From a virus, in IMG/VR virus record IMGVR_UViG_3300032093_011758, positions 1 through 64,000 of that record: a DNA stretch of 64,000 bases. One strand, written 5' to 3'. The notes under the pieces were generated by a model, which was not told the origin of the DNA, did not search any database, and was given only the letters and a program-made list of their open reading frames with translations. A program made the position numbers and the translations under genes. Positions 1 through 7,588 of this stretch are shown piece by piece (positions within the stretch are counted from its first letter, which is position 1; each line of letters begins with the position of its first letter).

Positions 1-37
1 GGACCATCAGATGGGGATTCGAATTCCTCCAAGACCT
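1..37 (+). tRNA. 3' half of a tRNA (truncated by window edge; identity unknown)
   Basis: T-arm GGGGA-TTCGAAT-TCCTC followed by a 7-nt acceptor strand, directly upstream of other tRNAs. Confidence 0.7.
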
Positions 38-45
38 CATAATTA

Positions 46-130
46 GGAAGGGTGTCAGAGTTGGTTTATTGAACCGGTCTTGAAAACCGGAGAACCTTTG
101 GTTCCGTGGGTTCGAATCCCACCTCTTCCT
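46..130 (+). tRNA. tRNA-Ser(TGA)
   Basis: Acceptor GGAAGGG/CTCTTCC, anticodon arm CCGGT-CT TGA AA-ACCGG, long variable arm, GTTCGAATC T-loop; CCA not encoded. Confidence 0.92.
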
Positions 131-131
131 C

Positions 132-209
132 TGTGGCCTGAGATGGGTTGGTTACATCGTCAGATTGTGGCTCTGAAGAACACGGGTTCGACTCCCGTAG
201 GTCACACCA
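132..209 (+). tRNA. tRNA-His(GTG), with U-1:A73
   Basis: Acceptor GTGGCCT/AGGTCAC, anticodon arm TCAGA-TT GTG GC-TCTGA, GTTCGAC T-loop, encoded CCA at 207-209. Confidence 0.9.
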
Positions 210-213
210 AAAA

Positions 214-285
214 TGCCGTGGGTTAGAGGAAAACAACCGTCTCTCATAAGGACGGAGAATGGAGTTCGAACCTCCAACACGGTAC
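214..285 (+). tRNA. atypical tRNA with CAT anticodon (Met/Ile2 or pseudo-tRNA)
   Basis: TGCCGTG/CACGGTA acceptor, CGTCT-CT CAT AA-GGACG anticodon arm, TGGAG-TTCGAAC-CTCCA T-arm; D-arm and junctions non-canonical. Confidence 0.65.
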
Positions 286-288
286 AAT

Positions 289-361
289 GGCCGATTAGTT
301 AAGTTGGTTATAACACTTGATTTGTAATCATGAGTCCCCGGTTCAAATCCGGGATTGGCCT
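289..361 (+). tRNA. tRNA-Thr(TGT)
   Basis: Acceptor GGCCGAT/ATTGGCC, anticodon loop TT TGT AA, T-arm CCCGG-TTCAAAT-CCGGG. Confidence 0.88.
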
Positions 362-394
362 CAAAATTTTTTTGGTGGTATTTGAAAAAAGTGG

Positions 395-402
395 TATTTT
401 TG
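395..402 (+). promoter_or_regulatory. Bacteroidota-type -7 promoter element (TAnnTTTG)
   Basis: TATTTTTG immediately before ORF 407, with TTTG further upstream. Confidence 0.55.
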
Positions 403-406
403 TTCT

Positions 407-868
407 ATGAAACAGGATATCAAATACGCCAAACCATCAGAAGTGATTAAGGGTTACACCGAATCCCTGATTGCGAAAAACGAATCTAATGACTGTGTTG
501 TCAGAGCCTTTGCATCATCTTGTGATGTAGATTATGATCGGGCACATTACTTTGTAAAAGAAAAATTTAAGAGACAGAATAGAAAAGGGACACCCAATTT
601 TTATTCAACAATGAGAGCTTTAATAAATCTTTACAACGCCCGTTTGAATGGTAAAAGATTTGAAGAAAAGGATTTGACTGATCTTAAGGTTGAAAATAAA
701 ACCAAATCGGCGACTGTTGGTCAGTTTTTGAAAAAATATAAAACCGGAACATTTCTTGTTGTTGTTAGAGGACATGCTTTCACTATCAAAGAAGGTGTTG
801 TGATTGGAAATGAAGGAGACGCAAAACAACTCAGAAGACCATTTACCAAAGTGTATGAAGTTGTATAA
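407..868 (+). CDS. hypothetical protein, possible papain-like/C39-type Cys peptidase fold
   Basis: NDCVVRA and RGHAFTIKEG motifs (Cys...His). Confidence 0.5.
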   Translation: MKQDIKYAKPSEVIKGYTESLIAKNESNDCVVRAFASSCDVDYDRAHYFVKEKFKRQNRKGTPNFYSTMRALINLYNARLNGKRFEEKDLTDLKVENKTKSATVGQFLKKYKTGTFLVVVRGHAFTIKEGVVIGNEGDAKQLRRPFTKVYEVV

Positions 869-885
869 TTGTAAAAAACATTATT

Positions 886-1308
886 ATGGGATATAAATTA
901 TTTTTAGACGATATTCGGACCCCAAAAATGGCGTCCCGGGTGAATTATGTTGAACAATTCAAAGACATTTATGATCAACCTGATTGGGTTGTTGTTAGAT
1001 CTCATGATGAGTTCGTCAAACATATCACAGAAAATGGACTACCCGGTTTGATTTCTTTTGATCACGATTTGGGTATTGAACATATCAAATATTATTTTGA
1101 TAATGGTGGTCACGATAATCCCCCCGATCCGGATAAAGGAAGATTTGAAGAAAAAACCGGTAAGGACTGTGCAAAATGGTTGGTTGATTATTGTATTGAC
1201 AATAAATTGGAACTACCAAAATATTATGTTCACTCCGCAAACCCAATTGGAAGAGAAAATATTATTAATTACCTAGAAAACTTTAAGAAAAGTTATGATA
1301 AAAATTGA
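886..1308 (+). CDS. cyclic-phosphate-processing receiver domain protein
   Basis: LFLDDIRTP, ISFDHDLG, TGKDCAKW, VHSANP motifs. Confidence 0.75.
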   Translation: MGYKLFLDDIRTPKMASRVNYVEQFKDIYDQPDWVVVRSHDEFVKHITENGLPGLISFDHDLGIEHIKYYFDNGGHDNPPDPDKGRFEEKTGKDCAKWLVDYCIDNKLELPKYYVHSANPIGRENIINYLENFKKSYDKN

Positions 1309-1942
1309 TAAAGATATAAACGTTTGGATCACATCTGATACTCACTACAATCACAAAAATATCTGTCGTTCAACAACTAATTGGAGAACTACAGATGGAG
1401 AGATTCCGGTGAGTCAGACCAGAGATTTCCGTGATTTGAATCATATGAATTCTACTATTATCAATAACATCAATGAATTCGTAGGTCAGGATGATGTGTT
1501 GATTCACTTGGGTGATTGGTCATTTGGAGGATTTGAATATATTCGTGAGTTTTGGGACAGATTGGTGTGTAAAAACATTCACCTTATCTTGGGTAATCAC
1601 GACCACCACATTGAAAGAAATAGGGATGGTGTTCAGGGTTTATTCAAAAGTGTGTCTGTGTATAATACACTACAATATGACGGTTATTACTTCCAACTTA
1701 TGCACTACCCCATTTCTAGCTGGGATGGATTAAATAAGGGTTATATGCACTTACACGGACACTGTCACCTCCCAACTCATATGAGGTTCGGAAATGGTCG
1801 TAGAATGGACGTGGGAATGGATGGTAGCCCGGAATTCAGACCATATAATATCAAAGAGTGTATCAAATTACTCAAAGACCGGGAAAATCTGTCAGAAATG
1901 CCCAAGGATCACCATGTGGAAAGATTAATTGGTAGTTTATAA
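1295..1942 (+). CDS. calcineurin-like metallophosphoesterase
   Basis: SDTH, HLGD, GNHD, HYP, HGHCH motifs. Confidence 0.9.
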   Translation: MIKIDKDINVWITSDTHYNHKNICRSTTNWRTTDGEIPVSQTRDFRDLNHMNSTIINNINEFVGQDDVLIHLGDWSFGGFEYIREFWDRLVCKNIHLILGNHDHHIERNRDGVQGLFKSVSVYNTLQYDGYYFQLMHYPISSWDGLNKGYMHLHGHCHLPTHMRFGNGRRMDVGMDGSPEFRPYNIKECIKLLKDRENLSEMPKDHHVERLIGSL

Positions 1943-1988
1943 TTTATTCCGTATCTTCGTGTTTTATTAACAATTAAAACTTAAAATT

Positions 1989-2264
1989 ATGGCACTTGTA
2001 TATGTGGCGATGTTGAAAGATTATGACGGATCAACAGATATTTTGACCGTTCAATCAGAGAGAAAAGATCTTGAAACTTATGTGAAAGATTATTTTGGAA
2101 TTTCTGAAACAAAAGATTATACCAACCCCGGTGAACTTTTGGGGTATAATAAAATTGAATATTCTGAATTTGAGGGTGATTTGGAAGGCGTATATAAATT
2201 CAAACAAGATGATCAAATTTCGGAAGTATTAGTATATTGTAAATCATTAAATGAAGCACCATGA
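1989..2264 (+). CDS. hypothetical protein
   Basis: ORF in co-directional run with A-rich leader. Confidence 0.65.
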   Translation: MALVYVAMLKDYDGSTDILTVQSERKDLETYVKDYFGISETKDYTNPGELLGYNKIEYSEFEGDLEGVYKFKQDDQISEVLVYCKSLNEAP

Positions 2265-2455
2265 GTAATTTTAACATCTCCCCCGATGAGAAAGTTTGTT
2301 ATAACTGCAAACACATCGCTTGGTTAATCGGTGTTGGACAAGGATTAAGATGTTCCAACCCCAAAAAAGGTAAGGTCCCGGAAGTTATCCCGAGTAGAAC
2401 ACACACTTGTGAATTTTTTGATCGTAAGGAAAAATTAAATGAACCAAATTCTTGA
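2261..2455 (+). CDS. small Cys-rich (possible Zn-binding) protein
   Basis: CYNCKH...RC...HTC; ATGA overlap with upstream stop. Confidence 0.6.
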   Translation: MSNFNISPDEKVCYNCKHIAWLIGVGQGLRCSNPKKGKVPEVIPSRTHTCEFFDRKEKLNEPNS

Positions 2456-3503
2456 AAAATATTATTCTGAAGGTCTTTTGCAAAAGCAACATCACCCAAC
2501 CCTTCCATTGACAATTTGGAATTATTCTCCAAAAGTTCAATATGAAAAGTTGTGGGATGAGGTGACCTTGCAAGCTCGTGGTCTTGTCACAGATGATGAG
2601 GGTAACGTGGTTGCCAGACCTTTCAGAAAATTTTTCAACTATGAGGAAATTGAACCCGAACAAATTCCCAATGAAAGATTTGACGTATTCGAAAAGTTGG
2701 ATGGATCATTGGGGATTTTATTTAACTACAAAGGAGAATGGGTTTTGGCAACTCGTGGATCATTTACATCCGATCAAGCAAAAAAAGGGTGGGAAATTCT
2801 TCAGAAGTATGACTACAAAAGATTAATTGAGGATAAAACTTATCTTTTTGAAATAATCTACAAAGAGAATAGAATCGTTGTTGATTATGATTATGAAGAC
2901 CTGATAATGCTTGGAGTGATTGACAATGCGGATGGATATGAATACAGAATATTTGATGAAAAGATTCACTTGGAAGGCATCCGGTTCGTGAATATGTATA
3001 GAAACCTTGGATTCAAGTTTGTCAAAAAATATGATGGAATACAAGATTATACAACCCTTAAAAATATCATTAAAGATAATGAAGAGGGGTTTGTTATAAG
3101 ATTTGAATCCGGATTAAGAATGAAGATCAAGGGGAGTGAATATGTTCGTTTACACAGGATCTTAACCAATATCTCTAACCGAGACATTTGGGAATATCTG
3201 AAAGATGGAAAACCAATGGATGAGATACTTGAAAAAGTTCCGGATGAATTTTACGATTGGGTTAAACAAACAAAAAATAATTTGGAGAAGGAATTCAATA
3301 AATTAAATGATGAATATAAGTGGATTTATAAAATAATATTGAGAGTTCCGAATTGTTGTGATAGAAAACTTTTTGCTTATCATGCAACCAAATACAAACA
3401 TTCGTCTATACTTTTTGCAATGTTTGATCGTAAAAACTACAAACCAATAATTTGGAAATTAATTTACCCCGAATATTCCAAACCGTTCAGAAAAATAGAT
3501 TAA
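2439..3503 (+). CDS. RNA ligase, T4 Rnl1-like
   Basis: ARG, RPFRKFFN, motif I EKLDGS, FEII, EEGFV, KIK. Confidence 0.9.
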   Translation: MNQILEKYYSEGLLQKQHHPTLPLTIWNYSPKVQYEKLWDEVTLQARGLVTDDEGNVVARPFRKFFNYEEIEPEQIPNERFDVFEKLDGSLGILFNYKGEWVLATRGSFTSDQAKKGWEILQKYDYKRLIEDKTYLFEIIYKENRIVVDYDYEDLIMLGVIDNADGYEYRIFDEKIHLEGIRFVNMYRNLGFKFVKKYDGIQDYTTLKNIIKDNEEGFVIRFESGLRMKIKGSEYVRLHRILTNISNRDIWEYLKDGKPMDEILEKVPDEFYDWVKQTKNNLEKEFNKLNDEYKWIYKIILRVPNCCDRKLFAYHATKYKHSSILFAMFDRKNYKPIIWKLIYPEYSKPFRKID

Positions 3504-3580
3504 CTTGTTGAACAAAAAAAAGTAAATAGTTTTACAAATTTTTTAGATAATCGCTGTATTTATAGGTTAAAAAAAGTCCT

Positions 3581-4171
3581 ATGATTACAGCGATTATTGT
3601 TGCATTTATTACCGGTGTTTTGGGTCCCGTGAGTGTTCTATTAATAAGAGCGCATATAGCTAAAAAGAGAAAAAAACCAGATCCTATTAAAGAGGCTCTC
3701 CAAGTTGGTGAACTGGTAAATCATAAATTAGAGGTAATACAACAATATTCTAAAGCAGATAGAGTTTGGATTACACAATTTCATAATGGTGGGAATTTTT
3801 ATCCAACAGGAAAATCAATGACAAAATTCAGTATTATCTACGAAATTGTTGGTCCTTCCGCACAATCAGTTCAAACTAATTTTCAAAATATTCCGGTTAA
3901 TTTGTTTTCCAAGTCAATAAATTATTTATTTGAAAACCATTTCATTGCGATTCCTGATTATAAAGATGAAACAGTTGCAACTCACGGATTGAAATATATT
4001 GCCGAAGATGTTGGTTGTAAATCAGGATATCTTTTCGCGATAAAAACTATTGATGAAAAATTTGTAGGTGTTTTGGGATTAGATTTCACAAAAAGGAAAA
4101 CAAACTTACCGGGAGATATTATTCAAGAATTACTAGTTGACGCGAGTTCTTTGGGTGGGGTTTTGAATTAA
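3581..4171 (+). CDS. membrane-anchored GAF-fold protein (T4 holin T-like architecture)
   Basis: N-terminal TM helix, ADRVWITQFHNG, C-terminal FVGVLGLDF strand; TATTTAT at 3557-3563. Confidence 0.5.
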   Translation: MITAIIVAFITGVLGPVSVLLIRAHIAKKRKKPDPIKEALQVGELVNHKLEVIQQYSKADRVWITQFHNGGNFYPTGKSMTKFSIIYEIVGPSAQSVQTNFQNIPVNLFSKSINYLFENHFIAIPDYKDETVATHGLKYIAEDVGCKSGYLFAIKTIDEKFVGVLGLDFTKRKTNLPGDIIQELLVDASSLGGVLN

Positions 4172-5022
4172 CCTTTGAACTTTTCATCAGGTGTGGGATC
4201 TTTAACCCAAATGTCATTACCATATGTAAAAACTTCAGGATTTTCTTCTATTCCACCAATATAAGTTCCATTTTCATATATGTCTCCTATTTCAAACGTT
4301 TCACTATCTTCGTGATTAAAGTCACTAATTCTTACCCTCATTGAGATATAAGGATCTAATTTATAGTTTATCCCAATATTTTTTTCTGAATCAGAAAGTT
4401 GTCGTAATTTTTCTCTAAATTTTGGATTCCAACTTAAGTAAGTCGTAACTCTGAAAGGAGTATGGGGATCATAATCTGTATGTCCCCTCCCATCACATTC
4501 ATAACAATCGAAATTACCTGATCCACCACAATTACTACATTCAATTCTTCCATCCCCATCACATTCTCCACAGTCTACCTGTCCGTTTCCTTGACAATCT
4601 TCACAAGGATTACCATCACCATCTTCACCATCACCATCACAGGTTGAGCAAGTTTCACTACCACTAGCATCACATTCATGGCAATCATTAAACCCTTCAC
4701 CGTAACATGTGTCACACGATACAGTACCATCACCATCACAAAAAGAACAATCAACTTCTTCGGTATTTTCATAAAATTGAACTATGGAATAACTAAATAA
4801 AAATTGATCCATTATATGTTCCATACCTTCTTTATATTTTCCTTTTTTCATTAAAGTCGTTAAAAAACAAAGAATGGCCAAATCCCGGGGAGATAATAAA
4901 TCAAGCATAAACTGTAATATTTGATTGGTTTTTATTACCTGAAGAACACCTTCAGGAACTACGTCATTACCACTAATATATTTTAACGGTAATGTTGCTA
5001 ATTTGGCAATATTTTTTTTCAT
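4168..5022 (-). CDS. DnaJ-type CxxCxGxG zinc-finger repeat protein (no J-domain)
   Basis: About eight CxxCxGxG-type repeats in the middle; no HPD motif. Confidence 0.7.
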   Translation of the reverse strand: MKKNIAKLATLPLKYISGNDVVPEGVLQVIKTNQILQFMLDLLSPRDLAILCFLTTLMKKGKYKEGMEHIMDQFLFSYSIVQFYENTEEVDCSFCDGDGTVSCDTCYGEGFNDCHECDASGSETCSTCDGDGEDGDGNPCEDCQGNGQVDCGECDGDGRIECSNCGGSGNFDCYECDGRGHTDYDPHTPFRVTTYLSWNPKFREKLRQLSDSEKNIGINYKLDPYISMRVRISDFNHEDSETFEIGDIYENGTYIGGIEENPEVFTYGNDIWVKDPTPDEKFKG

Positions 5023-5041
5023 TATTACTTTTTTCTAATTT

Positions 5042-5053
5042 ATAAATATTTAT
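5042..5053. promoter_or_regulatory. palindromic back-to-back late-promoter-like motif ATAAATATTTAT
   Basis: Between divergent genes 5022(-) and 5089(+); same 12-mer at 6516 and 11528. Confidence 0.55.
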
Positions 5054-5088
5054 GAAATAAAGTTAATTGCTTTTTTTATATTCAGAAA

Positions 5089-5814
5089 ATGAAAAGAAAA
5101 TTATCAGAGGAAATTTTAAGATTCAAGCAAATCACAAATATCAATGAAGGTGAAGATATTAGAGGTGTTGACGAATTAGTATTTAATCCGGTAACAGGGC
5201 CAGGAGGTAAAATAGGTTTCGGTTATGATCAGGGTAAAAAAAGAAAGGGAATAACATGGAAAAAACATCACGACCATTTACATGTTTCATTTGATGATAA
5301 GCAAGTCGCTATTGAAATTATGGAGAAGGCTCTATCATTAGGACTTTATGTTGCCGAAAACCCTTATTTAGGAAATAAAGACAAAACCGGTAAAGTTGAT
5401 TGGGTTCATGCTGATGATAGTCATCATTATAAAAATTTTGATAACATTCAATTCAAACGTAGTGGTGATTACGGAGGACAAAAAGTTATAGGTAAAGCCG
5501 CAGACATAAGTGGTAACATGAAAAAAATGGAAGAACTAATTAAATGGATTATTGACACATATTCAACCAGTAGTTCAACCGCAGATCCAATATCCACTAA
5601 TACATCATCTTCAACAAGTAATACTACTTCTTCAACCTCAAGTTCTTCAACATCTAATTCCTCTAGTAGTAATTCTTCAAATACTGAAGAAGATAAATTG
5701 TTAGAAAAAATATTGAATACCGAATATTTGGGTAAAGACGTAAAATTTTGGTTGGATATAAATTCAAGTAAATTCAATTTTTTGGATTGGTTGGGTATAA
5801 TACTAAATTTATAA
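5089..5814 (+). CDS. putative virion protein with LAS/M15-like Zn motifs and Ser/Thr-rich linker
   Basis: Leader LSEEILRFKQITNINE; HDHLHVSF, SHHY, GKAADIS motifs; poly-Ser/Thr tract. Confidence 0.5.
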   Translation: MKRKLSEEILRFKQITNINEGEDIRGVDELVFNPVTGPGGKIGFGYDQGKKRKGITWKKHHDHLHVSFDDKQVAIEIMEKALSLGLYVAENPYLGNKDKTGKVDWVHADDSHHYKNFDNIQFKRSGDYGGQKVIGKAADISGNMKKMEELIKWIIDTYSTSSSTADPISTNTSSSTSNTTSSTSSSSTSNSSSSNSSNTEEDKLLEKILNTEYLGKDVKFWLDINSSKFNFLDWLGIILNL

Positions 5815-5820
5815 AAATAA

Positions 5821-5850
5821 AAAACCCCTCATTTAGAGGGGATTTTTTTT
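5821..5850. terminator. bidirectional intrinsic terminator
   Basis: CCCCTC-ATTTA-GAGGGG hairpin flanked by A and T tracts between convergent genes. Confidence 0.75.
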
Positions 5851-5868
5851 GGTGTGTGTCTAACAAAA

Positions 5869-6018
5869 TTACTTTGTAGAATCTACTTTCACACTGTCAA
5901 CAACTTGAGTGCTGTCAACTGCAGTTGAATCAACTGTTGTTTCAGTAGTAGTTTCACCTTTAGGTTCACAAGAAACCAAGAAAGAAATTACACTTAACGC
6001 TAAGATTACTTTTTTCAT
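5869..6018 (-). CDS. small lipoprotein (49 aa)
   Basis: MKKVILALSVISFLVSC lipobox signal (start moved to ATG at 6018); acidic Thr/Ser-rich tail. Confidence 0.75.
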   Translation of the reverse strand: MKKVILALSVISFLVSCEPKGETTTETTVDSTAVDSTQVVDSVKVDSTK

Positions 6019-6085
6019 GTCTGTTTTTTTAATTTTTATTTTATTTCTGTTTATAAATATATCATAACTCTTCAAAAGAGTCAAG

Positions 6086-6488
6086 TGGTGGAGGTGAGGG
6101 GAGTCGAACCCCTGTCTTGTTCGCCATATTTCAAATGGACTACACGTTTAGTCAATTGGTTCTCAACTGACAAATAGGAAGTTACAGATTGAGATAATTA
6201 CTTCCAAAAATCCCCGAACCGGATTTTCAAGAGCCGTCCGATGTGCTCCAACACTCTTATGGTGGTGTTACACCTTGATCACTTCTGTTCCTAGGTTATA
6301 TGTGAACCGACCCGAAAGCAGTAACTCAATTAAGCGATAACTGCAGACTCTTCTCTGATAAGACCAGCGAGAGCCATTTTGTCTAATACGTTGCCGTTTA
6401 GAATTTACCACCGATTATTAAAGTCGTAGATGATATGCGACTACGTGCCCATTTGCCATACAAACGCCAATCAATGCCGGACACCCCC
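6086..6488 (-). ncRNA. ssrA: tmRNA (tag (A)GNVLDKMALAGLIREESAVIA*)
   Basis: 5' GGGGGTG pairs with CACCTCC-A-CCA including G3.U70; T-arm CAGGGG-TTCGACT-CCCCT; tag ORF at 6395..6330. Confidence 0.93.
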
Positions 6489-6508
6489 AATAATTTCAAA
6501 GAACATTA

Positions 6509-6527
6509 CAAAGATATAAATATTTAT
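6509..6527. promoter_or_regulatory. overlapping host-type promoter (TATCTTTG, - strand) and palindromic ATAAATATTTAT
   Basis: CAAAGATA at 6509-6516 and ATAAATATTTAT at 6516-6527 between ssrA and ORF 6533. Confidence 0.55.
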
Positions 6528-6532
6528 CTGAT

Positions 6533-7546
6533 ATGTCAAAAAGTAATTTATATCAACAATTGGTGGATTTTACAAATGGAGTAATTTCTGCCGAAGAAAT
6601 AGAAGACCCAAATATTAAAATTGTAAAAACTAATGGCCTTGTTAAGTTAGATTTTGATACTGATGATTATATTGAGATTTTAGTTGGAGATGGTTCAAAT
6701 GAATACTATTATCTTAAAGAGGCTATTGGTGCTTATTATGGATATACAGGATCTTTTATGTATGATGATTGGAGATCCCGGGAAGATTGGGATGAGGGAT
6801 ATATGGTCGAAGGTTTAGATCAGGAAAACATTGATAGGGTTATGGAAATAGTAAATATGCTTGGTTTTCCTCACGATCCCACATCAGTAGATTTTGGTAA
6901 AATCTCAAAATTTTTACACGATAACTTTGAACGTCAAGTTGATGATATTATAGGTGAATACCAAACAATGACAGATGATGCGATGAAAGAGGTGATATCT
7001 AACTTTGCATATGATGAATATTGTAATGTTTTTTTTAGATTCAATATATTTCATAGCTCGGCAAAAAATCTTTGTTTTAAAACTTACACAACTAGTGTTA
7101 AAAATTTAATTTCTCTTTATAAGTCACACGGAAAATATGATTGGAGTTTGAAACAATTACTCAGACAAATATCCAAAGATAATGATTTGGCGGAAGATGA
7201 TTTATTTGATATTGCTATGGAACAATATTGGAGGCATTTTGATAAAAAATATTTCAAAAATTATGTGAAGGGAAAACTTGAAGAAATTAAAGAAAAAATT
7301 GAAGAAGATGCCGAACATATTGATGAATACAGGGAAATAACAGATAGACTAAAAAAATTTAAGTATGGCACATGGTATGATCTACCCAAAAATGATCACA
7401 TAATGTTCAAAATAAATTTTGTATCTCTCAAAACCTTGGATATTAATTTTGCATATAAAAAGAAGGGAACTAATCAAATTACTGACGATATTAACATGGA
7501 TTTAGAAAGATTTCTTCTATTTTTATATCAACCGGAACTTTTTTAG
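6533..7546 (+). CDS. hypothetical protein
   Basis: 337-aa ORF, TATTTAT 5 nt before ATG. Confidence 0.75.
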   Translation: MSKSNLYQQLVDFTNGVISAEEIEDPNIKIVKTNGLVKLDFDTDDYIEILVGDGSNEYYYLKEAIGAYYGYTGSFMYDDWRSREDWDEGYMVEGLDQENIDRVMEIVNMLGFPHDPTSVDFGKISKFLHDNFERQVDDIIGEYQTMTDDAMKEVISNFAYDEYCNVFFRFNIFHSSAKNLCFKTYTTSVKNLISLYKSHGKYDWSLKQLLRQISKDNDLAEDDLFDIAMEQYWRHFDKKYFKNYVKGKLEEIKEKIEEDAEHIDEYREITDRLKKFKYGTWYDLPKNDHIMFKINFVSLKTLDINFAYKKKGTNQITDDINMDLERFLLFLYQPELF

Positions 7547-7567
7547 TTTTTTTTCCACTTTTTTTTG

Positions 7568-7575
7568 TATCTTTG
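7568..7575 (+). promoter_or_regulatory. Bacteroidota-type -7 promoter element
   Basis: TATCTTTG 13 nt before ATG 7589. Confidence 0.6.
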
Positions 7576-7588
7576 TAAAAATTTTATT

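Noticed and set aside
66-287. 73-aa minus-strand ORF
   Set aside because: Antisense to the tRNA genes
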